Positions 50,111-61,649 of a stretch of 64,000 nucleotides of DNA are shown here, piece by piece. The stretch comes from Octopus bimaculoides (taxonomy: Eukaryota), in the NCBI RefSeq assembly GCF_001194135.2, contig NC_068982.1, forward strand, positions 177,887,037 through 177,951,036, written 5' to 3'. The notes below the pieces were generated by a model that made no database searches, was not told the DNA's origin, and saw only the letters and a list, made by a program, of their open reading frames with translations. Made by a program: the position numbers and the translations under genes. Within the stretch, counting starts at the first letter, position 1, and every line of letters starts with the position of its first letter.

Positions 50111-50834
50111 AATAGATAGCTGGATTCATTTAGTTTTTGTAGAACAGTTCAATAAAACCACATTCCCACTTCTCAGGAGACAGTCAGAATTCACATAGAT
50201 ATTAGTTGCTCAAGAAAATGCAAATACTTTGATTAAACTATAGATGAGAACATCTACATCAAACTGATAAAGAACTGACAGCTTTTAAAATCTAATTATA
50301 GTTCTTATAGCAATAGTAGTTGATGGAGTGGGTCATGAAGTAAGTCACCTCTATTGGAACCTAGAAATGTTAGGACTCTTGAGGAAAACCTGGTTCAATT
50401 CAGCAGTGGATTGGTGAAAATCTGTAGAAAATTAGATTTCATGTGTTATATTTATTTCTTTATTGCCACAAGGGGCTAAACATAGAAGGGACAAACAAGG
50501 ACAGACAAAGGGTTTAAGTTGATTACATAGACCCAGTGTGTAACTGGTACTTATTTAATTGATCCCGAAAGGATGAAAGGCAAAGTCGACCTCAGCAGAA
50601 TTTGAACTCAGAACATAGTGGCAGATGAAATACCACAAACATTTCATCCAGATTCTGCCAGCTTGTGTCATAAAAGACTCCTCGGCATATTTGATACCCC
50701 ACTTTTCAGCAGTGTGTATTCAGGAAAAGAAAATGGCCGATAATAGTGAGTGTCAGGGACAAAATTAACTTATAGGGAACTCAATTTTGCATATAAGACT
50801 TGAAGTAATCTTATATGTCCTCAAATATAAAACA

Positions 50835-51135
50835 CTATTCAAACATGGTCGATGCCAGCTTACATGCCCCGACTGGCTCTTGTGCTGGTAGCACATAAAA
50901 AGCACCATCCAAACGTGGCCGATGCCAGTGCCACCTGACTGGCTTCCGTGCTGGTGGCACGTAAAAAGCACCCACTACACTCTTGGAGTGGTTAGTGTTA
51001 GGAAGAATATCCAGCTGTAGAAACACTGCCAGATCAGATTGGAGCCTGGTGCGACCTCCTGGCTTGCCAGTCCCCAGTCAAACCATCCAACCCATGCCAG
51101 CATGGAAAACGGACGTTAAATGATGATGATGATGA
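50835..51135 (+). mobile_element. RTE-tail retroposon
   Basis: Tandem units, common tail and (GAT)n. Confidence 0.8.
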
Positions 51136-52583
51136 TCTATGAAATACATGCACTCATCTATAACATGCTTACATATCTCATTCATATATGTATACTCATC
51201 TATTAAATACATATATCTGTTGCAGGCATATACACATACACACTGATGACATTTATTGCATACATGCATACATATATCACATCATGCATAGGAAGTCACA
51301 ATTTTTACTCAAATTTTGTATATTATAAGATTTTGTATATTTTTTAAGAGCATATTAAGTTTTGAAATTTATCATGTACTACATTGAGGTATATATGTAC
51401 TGGATATGTATATTTATAAATTTTGAAATGAAAATTCCATATTTTGGCCCTATCAAAGCAGTAGCATTATTTTGAACTCTGTCCTTTTTGATATTTGGTA
51501 GTATTTTTGTCATTGATACAGACAAACATTCTCAAATTACATCCAGCCATTACAGATCTTATCTATATTAAAATTTGATTAAATTTGACTGAGTTAGTGT
51601 CTACATTACACACCAATGGTCCCTTACTTCTGAATTAGCAAGTTACATAACCCTCCACTCATGTCCACTTGACACATACACCTCTCATCCTCTTAAAAAA
51701 AAATCTTTCCCTATTATTCTTCTACATGATTGCATCTCTCTGGGATTCCTTTTTATACACATTCTTCCAGATATTGTTGTGTGTTGAAAATATTCAAACA
51801 GAACATTAACTAAAGTCTGAGTGACTTGTACATATCAAGGGTACCGGTCCTCTTCAACATACCAACTAATTAAAAAACACTTGGCTTCACACTGAACCAA
51901 CATTTTAAGGCCATTTTTACTTCTAAAGCAGAAGTTAACCTTGAAGGCCTTGCAAACTCTAATCATAATTTCTCTTTTTGAGGTTGTGTTTCACAATCAG
52001 ACACTGTTTGTATTAGCAGCCATTTGAGTTGCTTTTTACTCTGTGTAAGCATACATCAGAATACATATAGTTGTAATTACTTTTATATTCACAAGTTATA
52101 TGTAATAATATAAACTAATTAATGGTTCTAATTCTTTTTTAGATAAAATTTCCAATGAATTTTTTAACAAAAACATTATGACATAAGTTAATAAATTTGA
52201 TAAAATAATATATATATATATGTAAAATTTAATTAGAGGATATGTTAACCTCATGAAGGGATGGTTTCATCCAAGGAAATAGCAGTTCAATATTTAGTAT
52301 TTTGGGGGAATGAATTTCCTTAAAATAATAGGCATGTATAAAGCATATAGTTTATATCCATTTAAAAGAAAAGAAAATGGAGAAATTGGTCATCTTTGTG
52401 TCTTACAGCCATTTCAATTAATACTCAAGTATTAAAAGAAGAAAATGGAGATTAAGAAAGTATTGATTGAAATGGCTGTAAGAAGTGAAGATGACCAATT
52501 TGTTGTTAATAATAAACAATTAACTTTGTAATCTCCATTTTCTTTTCTTCTTTTATATTTATATATAACTTTAACTTTAACTT

Positions 52584-52975
52584 TACTTGTTTCAGTCATT
52601 TGACTGTGACCATGCTGGAGCACCACCTTTAGTCGAACTAATCGACCCCAGGACTTATTCTTTGTAAGCCTAGTACTTATTCTATCGGTCTCTTTTGCCG
52701 AACCGCTAAGTTACGGGGACATAAACACACTAGCATCGGTTGTCAAGCGATGTTGGGGGGACAAATACAGACACACAAACATACACACACACACATATAT
52801 ATACATATATATGACGGGCTTCTTTCAGTTTCCGTCTACCAAATCCACTCACAAGGTTTTGGTCGGCCCAAGACTATAGTAGGAGACACTTGCCCAAGAT
52901 GCCACGCAGTGGGATTGAACCCAGAACCATGTGGTTGGTAAGCAAGTTACTTACCACACAGCCACTCCTGCGCCT
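52584..52975 (-). mobile_element. CORE-like tRNA-derived SINE, full length
   Basis: Minus-strand head AGGCGCAGGAGTGGCTGTGTGGTAAG, TTGGGCAAGTGTCT core, internal (CA/TA)n. Confidence 0.85.
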
Positions 52976-52984
52976 ATACATAAA

Positions 52985-53585
52985 TAATAATGAAATTATT
53001 GTGTATAGTGCGCAGGTGCATGTACAGTACATAGAATTATGTACAAAAGTCAGGAAAGTGAACAGTGTATGAGTCATGTGTGTATGCATATGGCGNNNNN
53101 NNNNNNNNNNNNNNNNNNNNNNNNNNNNNNNNGGGATATCAGGTGTAGTGTTGGCAAATTTCAGGAAGCATAGAGGTTTTAAAGGATGCAATGTCTTGGC
53201 AACTAACAACTGATGCAGGTAGTTTGTTCCATGCTTCAGCAACTCTGAGTGTGAAAAAGTGTTTCCGAAAGTCATGGGAGCTGTGCTGTTTTTTGACTTT
53301 GTAGGCATTCCCATGCTTTAGACACATGGAGCTCAAAAAGGTGCTCAAGGTGATTGTTGGCCCGATGGGTAATAATTTTGTGGGTGTTTACTAAGTTAAT
53401 TGCCAGATGCCAAAACTTCAATGTATCTATGCCCAGGGAAGTAAGGTGTTCAGAGTATGGTAGTTGCTAGATGGAGGGTATTTACTTGGTTGCACTTCTC
53501 TAAACATTTTCCAGGAGGTCAATATCCTGAGCAAGATAGGGGTTCCAGACTGGTAATGCAAATTCCAAATGTGGCCACACCATAG
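52985..53585 (-). mobile_element. CR1-type LINE 3' fragment, copy 2
   Basis: Highly similar to 49500-50110. Confidence 0.8.
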
Positions 53586-54898
53586 TCAAAAATTTTATTT
53601 ATCTCATTAATAAATGTGCTAAACTTACGCAACATAACAATTTGTTTACATTTTGTTCAACTATATGGATGGACAGACAGAACAAAATTGTTATATATAT
53701 ATACTTCTAGTTTCTATGTAGCATAGTAACATTCATCTCTGTTGCATACATCAGCCAACACCTCTAATGTAGAGTTAATTTCTCAACAATTTCTACTTAG
53801 ATTCTAGATCCAATAAGTCATATTTAGTTCATTCTGTTCTCCAACATTTATTTTAATATCAGACATGAGTGGACCATTTTAGGCTAGCTGAGGGCGTGAC
53901 AACTTCTATTGTGCTAGTACCACAATGAAATCATCAAATACACTCTGTAAAGTGGTCGATGTTAAGAAGAGCATCTAACCATAGAAACAGTGTAAAAATC
54001 AGAACGTACAAGTGAGGCAATAGGTCCTGACTCCTCAGGGAGGACTGTAACTCTGAAATGAAAACTGGCTGAGGTTGTACCCTGTCAGGCCCATGCCAGC
54101 ATCAAAAGCAGATAAAAAAATGAAGATGATGGTAGTCGTACAGTTTGCATTGAATATTGAAAAAAATCACTTTTTAAAAATATTTTCTACAAACTTTTAG
54201 TCACTTCTGTTACTTCAAATAACCATCACAGTAGACCATAGTGTCTGATTCTTAGCTGTTGGTATATTGCCAAGTGTTCCAAGCAAAAAGAACACATCCA
54301 CACAAAAACGACTAACAATAAATATAGAACAGCAACTACTATACTTTGACTGAGTTCACCTTGCCCACCTCTGCTGTGGCTACCACTAATATCTAAGTGT
54401 GTACAGAAATGACCTGACTGGAGACAGTACATGTCCAGACTCTGCCATGCTGCAACCAAAGTGTGCAGTATAGTTTTCAGCTAGATGGAGATAGGGTATG
54501 TTTGGGAGGAGGGATCTAAGTTTAACCTCATTGTTCAGTCCTCACATTTCATAGGCTTACTGTGGCTATATAACAACTTCATACTTTTTATAATCTTCAG
54601 AATTAATTCAATGTTATTGGCAGTTGGGTATCTTAAACTATTTTATTATTGCTGTTACCTTAGGTTCTACCAAATTATTCCTCTTTCAAATTTCTTTTGC
54701 ACAATTTGAAATTATTTTGAAAAGCGGATTAGACCATCTGTATATAGGGAGCAAAACTGAGGAATATAGTATAGAATAAAAGAGAAAAGTGACAGATTTC
54801 TGACTGTTAATTCAAATATTTTAGCTTTTACTTGTCATCTAAAGGTTAAAAATATATTTACTTTTATATTTTTCACCCCCAGTTTTAACATTTGAAAC

Positions 54899-55090
54899 AT
54901 GTTTGGATCTACTGTGTATCCACAAGTATCTGAATATAGTGAGAGAAGAACTTCTATTAGAAATTCTAAAGGTTTCTCTTACTTAACACCATGCCCTTCT
55001 GTAATCCATCCCTGGAATCGTGGGACCAATCTGCTTCAAGACTTTGTAATGGTCACTGAATTCTCTGAACTTGAAGGACCCAAACCATTA
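54899..55090 (+). CDS. SMCR8: SMCR8 coding exon 1
   Basis: MFGSTVY...HPWNRGTNLLQDFVMVTEFSELEGPKPL; acceptor AG at 54881-54882, donor GTAAGT; start codon inferred from the in-frame TGA at 54893. Confidence 0.88.
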
Positions 55091-58000
55091 GTAAGTATGG
55101 AATCAACAAGTCATTGTTTTATTTTCTACTTTTAAATATGTTACAGATTACACTATTACATATTCTCTGCAGTTAGGTTTCATTTTTCTGATGTTAGGAT
55201 AAACAAGTTGGTTTCACATTTTTTAATTGGAATTATTTTACTTCATTCATATCACCTTTGAAGGGCAAAAGAATAAATATTACAGTTTTCATTTACTCTT
55301 CTCTAAAAATTTTAGGCTTCATGATTTTTGTAGAAATATTGATTACTTTCACTTCTTCAATTCTCCATAGCTATTTTCTACCACCTTACAAAGTATGTAT
55401 TTTTCATTTGGCTTAAAGAGTGGAATCAATTATGATATCGAGGGTATATTTTCAGGGTGTGTTAAAGGTATGTTTGCCACTCCCCTTTAAAAGTTATGAA
55501 GTAAGCACATTACTTATTTGTTAATTATAATGTTTTATAAACCTGATAAATCATTTCACTGCTCACATATAGTTGTAGTACCACCAACAAATCTGAAAAT
55601 GAAGAAGCCTTTACATGATCACTCAACCTTCTAGAAATAACAATCAAACCCCTCAAAGTACACCTTGTCATAAATAAAGGAAATGTTGGGCAATGAAGCC
55701 CTTGATATTCAAAAAGATAGGATGGTTATGGCTAGATTGCCTTTGTTTATAGGTTCATTCTGTCAGGGCTGACCTGGGTCTCAATAACAAGTTGTGAGTA
55801 GACAGCAACACCTTACCAATGTGAACTCACTAACAGACTGTTTTGCATTTTCTCCTTTTTCTTAACATAGCATTATTATTTAATCTATGCAAATTCTGTA
55901 ATTTTCAGTTTCCATGTTAAATGAAGCGAAAAATAATTCTCAGGATAGAACACTAGTTTGTAGAAGGGTAGTGTTTCTGTTAGGCAAACATTCTACTCAA
56001 CTCTAAAAGCCATCAATTTTACTATGTTATTGCTGTTTAAAGAGGCAATGTAGATAATCTTACAGTTCCTCTCAGAATATATTGAGAACCATCTATTTTG
56101 CCACTGACATGTTCTATTGCCAGGACAGAATAAATGCCATCAACCTCTCAACTGTTTGTTTAGTATCAAAAAAAAAAAAAAAAGTTCAAAGGTCCTTCCT
56201 TGAACTATAGGCTCATAAGACTAGTTTCTGATTCTGTAGTGTATATAATCCCCACCTGGATGGGACACTGGTCCATCACTGGACAACTCATCTTTACCAA
56301 ATGAATGGACTGGAACAGCATGAAATGAAATGTTTTGCTGAAGAACACATTCCCCTGATCCAGCAATTGAAACCACATTCTTATTATCTTTGGTGCAACA
56401 CCCTAATCACTGAGCCACATGCTGCCATTTCTTGTTTAGTATACTGGTATTTAATATTCATTATAGAAATAAAACTATGTTTAAGTTTGCCATTTTATAA
56501 TATATTGTATATTGTGTGTTTGACAACCTAATTCATTTCATGATATGTTTTATTTTTTAATTGACTATTCTATCTTCTCATCTATATTGTTTTTCATTCC
56601 TTTTCTATTAAATGATGATGGAATCTATAACTCAGTATTTCACTTCTGCTTTTTGATGTTGTCATGGATTGGACAGTTTTCCTAAAAGATTATTTGTAGC
56701 TAGATGTCCCTCTTATTGTCAACACTTTTAACTGCTTTTATGAGATGCAGGGACATAGTATTCCTATTCTAAAATTAGGATAAACACTGTACTTTATTTA
56801 ATATCCTCCACGTAAAAGCACCCACTACACTCTCGGAGTGGTTGGCATTAGCAAGGGTGTCCAGCTGTAGAAACTCTGCCAAATCATATTGGAGCCTGGT
56901 GTAGCCATCGGGTTCACCAGTCCTCAGTCAAATCATCCAACCCATGCTAGCATGGAAAGCGGACATTAAACGATGATGATGATAATTATGTGATGGGAAA
57001 GACATGAATGTTATAGCTTCCTACTCTATAAACCTGGGGTGTGATGCTTCCATTATCATCGCTATCAGCAACCATTTTCCTAGTTTTAAGAACTATTCAG
57101 AATTGTTTACTCTTGAATTTCAACTCTAACAAAGCAATTATTTAATAAGAATAGTGTATTGTTTTGTTACTATTCCAAACTAATATCTCTGACAATTTGC
57201 ATTTAATCTAGGTCTGCAGCAAATACGTTTTTTTATTAACAAAATTTCTGTTTCGTTCTTTAATGATGAAAGTTGTTTTTAACTAGTTCTTCATTTTTTG
57301 TTTTTTTTGCATGTATGTATTTCTATTATTATGTAAATTTCATTGAACTAGTTAAATTTATTTTATAGTTTGTCCAGCCATCTGAAGGGATTGGTCATTT
57401 TGATATCAATGCCTTTGCAGTAAAAATCATGTCTGTTGATCACCAGCCACCAAAAAGGTAAGTGAAGGTTTTTTTATGTATTTTTTAAAGTGTTCTGACA
57501 ATATACGATCTTGCTCTCCATCAGATATCATGATGAGTGTTCCAGTTGGTTCAGTCAACCAAACAATCTGCTCATGAAATTATTATGCAAGTGGTTAAGC
57601 ACGCCACAGACACATGTATCTTTAACACAGTTCTCAGGGAGATTCAGTGAAAAATAGAATGTAAGAAGGTTGGCCCATTGAACTACAGGTACAACCCGTT
57701 TTGCCAGTTGAATAGACTAGAGCAACAAGAACTTATTGAATCATATAATATTCAGTTTTTTCATGCATCTCCTTTAATATATATGCACATTATGTCCCTT
57801 CAGTTTCTTTTAATGTACATGCTGGTGCCACAATAAAATGCTCCCAGTACACTGTTAAGTGTGGGGTCAAAAGCATCTTTTAGTCTTGTCTTGTTGTTAG
57901 TGTTGGTGCCACAAAAAAGCACCCTGTACACACATACATTTCCTAAAACGCTATGTAAGGGACGACCGTGCGAACTCATAAAAGGAGATATGGTGACGAA

Positions 58001-61000
58001 TGGAAAAACAGAGGACTCCTTTTATTTAAACGTGTCACACGGTCGAACATACAAATATATATATCAAATGATGATATACATGATATGTTATGCGACGATA
58101 ACATAGATGACCAGTAATGAAAGACCACAACCGTATTAGATGAATAACAGAGATATTTATTGTAGTGTTAAAGATGTATGTCTGTGTGAGAGTGTGAATG
58201 CGACATATAAGAACATAATCAAAGACAGGCCGTCATACAAAGAAAAGTGTGTATGTGAGTGATACATGTGTGTGTATGTTATTACAGCAGAGAGAAAGAG
58301 AGTCAGTAAATGACACGTGAGCAATTATNNNNNNNNNNNNNNNNNNNNNNNNNNNNNNNNNNNNNNNNNNNNNNNNNNNNNNNNNNNNNNNNNNNNNNNN
58401 NNNNNNNNNNNNNNNNNNNNNNNNNNNNNNNNNNNNNNNNNNNNNNNNNNNNNNNNNNNNNNNNNNNNNNNNNNNNNNNNNNNNNNNNNNNNNNNNNNNN
58501 NNNNNNNNNNNNNNNNNNNNNNNNNNNNNNNNNNNNNNNNNNNNNNNNNNNNNNNNNNNNNNNNNNNNNNNNNNNNNNNNNNNNNNNNNNNNNNNNNNNN
58601 NNNNNNNNNNNNNNNNNNNNNNNNNNNNNNNNNNNNNNNNNNNNNNNNNNNNNNNNNNNNNNNNNNNNNNNNNNNNNNNNNNNNNNNNNNNNNNNNNNNN
58701 NNNNNNNNNNNNNNNNNNNNNNNNNNNNNNNNNNNNNNNNNNNNNNNNNNNNNNNNNNNNNNNNNNNNNNNNNNNNNNNNNNNNNNNNNNNNNNNNNNNN
58801 NNNNNNNNNNNNNNNNNNNNNNNNNNNNNNNNNNNNNNNNNNNNNNNNNNNNNNNNNNNNNNNNNNNNNNNNNNNNNNNNNNNNNNNNNNNNNNNNNNNN
58901 NNNNNNNNNNNNNNNNNNNNNNNNNNNNNNNNNNNNNNNNNNNNNNNNNNNNNNNNNNNNNNNNNNNNNNNNNNNNNNNNNNNNNNNNNNNNNNNNNNNN
59001 NNNNTGGACGAAGCTGCTGAAGTGGTCGCTGGAACTGCTGCTGCTGTCGTGTGGTACACGGAACAGTTCTCAAAGAGAAACTGGACCGAGACAAATTATT
59101 GGGTATGAGTTAAAGCTATTTATAACAAACTATGGGCTCCCGAAGGCTTCAGAATTTTACTCTATCACGTGACCTTATTAGGGGCCGTGATTGGTCAGTT
59201 TGCGTTCTGGCGGGAACGGTTCGAAGAAGTTGCCGATTCGAATAATGATCAGTCACGTGATGGACAAGGAATGGGTTCTCTACTACGCTCGCATTTATTT
59301 ATATTTAAATGAGAAGATTGTATGTAATGGCGATAGTAGTTTTGTATCTAGTGACGATAGGTAGTTTCACTTGATACATGAATAATTGTAGATCAGTACT
59401 ATAACATCATTTGAGATTTAAAAATTTAAACTTAAATATTTTAGTACAAGTAGCCTCAGTTGGGTCTTAAAATGGTTATTAGCTTCCACTCCTTTCATTT
59501 TACTGTTATGATATTTCACTTAAAATCCTTTAATGTATTTGTTTACTGCTGCTCACCCTTGTATAATTTGGGTAGCTATGTATCTTCTCTGTAAGAAGAC
59601 ACCTGTGCTTGTCCCTTTGTCATACTTTAGCCTCTCAGCACCTAACATAAAGCCACCTCCCCCACCCTAGTTCCCACCACTTAGTCATGAGGGATTTTCC
59701 CTTTTCTGTTCTATTTTGTCTTGCAGCACTTGGTGATTCCACAAGTGCTGGTGGTACAAAAATTAAAAAGCACCTAGTACACACTGTACAGTGGTTGGCA
59801 TTAGAAAAGTCATCCAGCCACAGAAAGCATGCCAAAGCCAACACTGGAGTTCAATGCAACCCTGTAGCTTGCTGGGTCCTGTCAAACCATCCAACCCATG
59901 CCAGCTTGGAAAACAGATGTTGATGATGATGATGATTATCATGTCTTAAGAAGGAAATGTAGCCATTATCATCTTCATTTAACATCTGTCTTCGATGCTG
60001 GCATAGGTTATGTGAAAATGTATGCCATGGATATCCTGGTTTTTGAATAGGTACACTATATCCCTGTATGTTGTAGAGGTGACTAAATGGGTTGGCATGA
60101 GCTTGGGAACAGTGGATGCAGGGGATACAAGCACACACCCTAAAATTTTTGTGAGACAATGAAAATGCTTTGAACATCCTTGGTTGGACCTGGGTTTGCA
60201 TCCCCTAATTAAATTTTGTTCTCTCAGTTATGAGGGTTGGTGATAGGAAAAGCATTTGACTGTAAAACCTTGCTTCTGACAATCTGTGCAATCTACAAGA
60301 TTTGCTTGTAGAATTGGGTGAGCAGTAGGAATAAATTCAAGAGAAGCAGGAGGAAGTTAAAGCCCAAGCATTTTATAAAGTGTACTGGATGCATTTTATT
60401 GTGGCATCATCACTATAAAGATTATTGTGGCATCCGTAAAACTAAAGGGTTCTCTCAATCCCATGTCTCCACTCGTTTACCAACCACTTCACAGATTGTA
60501 CTGGGTGGCTTTATTGTGGCATCAAACACCAGTGTTGATGCCACAGTAGTCCTCACTCCTCTACAATGTGTTCATTTCACTGAAGGCAACATAACTGATA
60601 GGGTGAATAGTAGAAACAGATTGATTTGATGAAAGGATGGTAGGTGAGATGGTAGAGCAGGTGAGATTAATGGATTATAATAGAGGTGAGTAAATGGTAA
60701 AATTAAATGGATATCAGTAACAAGTGGCTTGAGTGTGAGGGAATGATGACTGAAAGTGCTGGAAGATATGATTTAATTCTTTATACGTAAACCTAATGGT
60801 GAGTGAGCTAGATAGAGCGATAAGGATGAGAGAGAATGATTGTAGGAAAGAGGATCAGACTGAATGGATAAAAATTTTCTTTGAATTCACTTCATAACAA
60901 CAGAGAACTCTAATGTAAAAACTGTCTATGTGGAAATTTCTAAGAGATATGACAGATTAAAGTTTAAGCCTTTTTTAATCTATTAAAATGATAAAGATTG

Positions 61001-61255
61001 AATATGTATCTTTTGACTCACTAGCTGATTTGAAATCAAAGATATTGGGAACATATCAATGTCCTTTAATGTCTTTTATAGCTGGTGTGAGTATCTGTAC
61101 CTGGAGCAGGCCTAAGCAAGGTTTTTGTGGAAAACTAGCAGTTGCTTCTTCAAAGAAATTTTCTGTCTCTATGATGACATTGATGCTTTTCAAGGGAAAA
61201 GCAAGGGTGATTAAAGCTTGGCACCATAGATGCAAATTACAGATATATATGTATT

Positions 61256-61298
<43 letters not shown>

Positions 61299-61618
61299 GT
61301 GTATTTCATTATAGGTATAAAAATATACCATAAGCCAGTGTAAAAAAATGGAGAAAAAATGTTGAATCAGAAATAGATTTATTCAGTTTTGTAATAAATC
61401 TATTTCTGATTCAACATTTTTTCTCCATTTTTTTTAATACTTGTTTTATGGTATATTTTTATACCTATAACGAAACTCCTCAAATATTATTTTCATATTC
61501 TTATTACTTGCTCTGGCTGATTTTTATGAATATGATGAATCTTTAGTAGAAATTATTTTGTCTCTCTTTTTGAATCCCCCCAAAATTTGAATTGTTCTTT
61601 TTGAACTCATTTTTTCAC

Positions 61619-61649
<31 letters not shown>

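Noticed and set aside
58303-59108. Long ORFs of 236-263 aa; also 40450-41100
   Set aside because: Artefacts of translating through N gaps
60988-61314. 108-aa intronic ORF
   Set aside because: No recognisable domain, ends in a (TA)n tract, no convincing in-frame splice context
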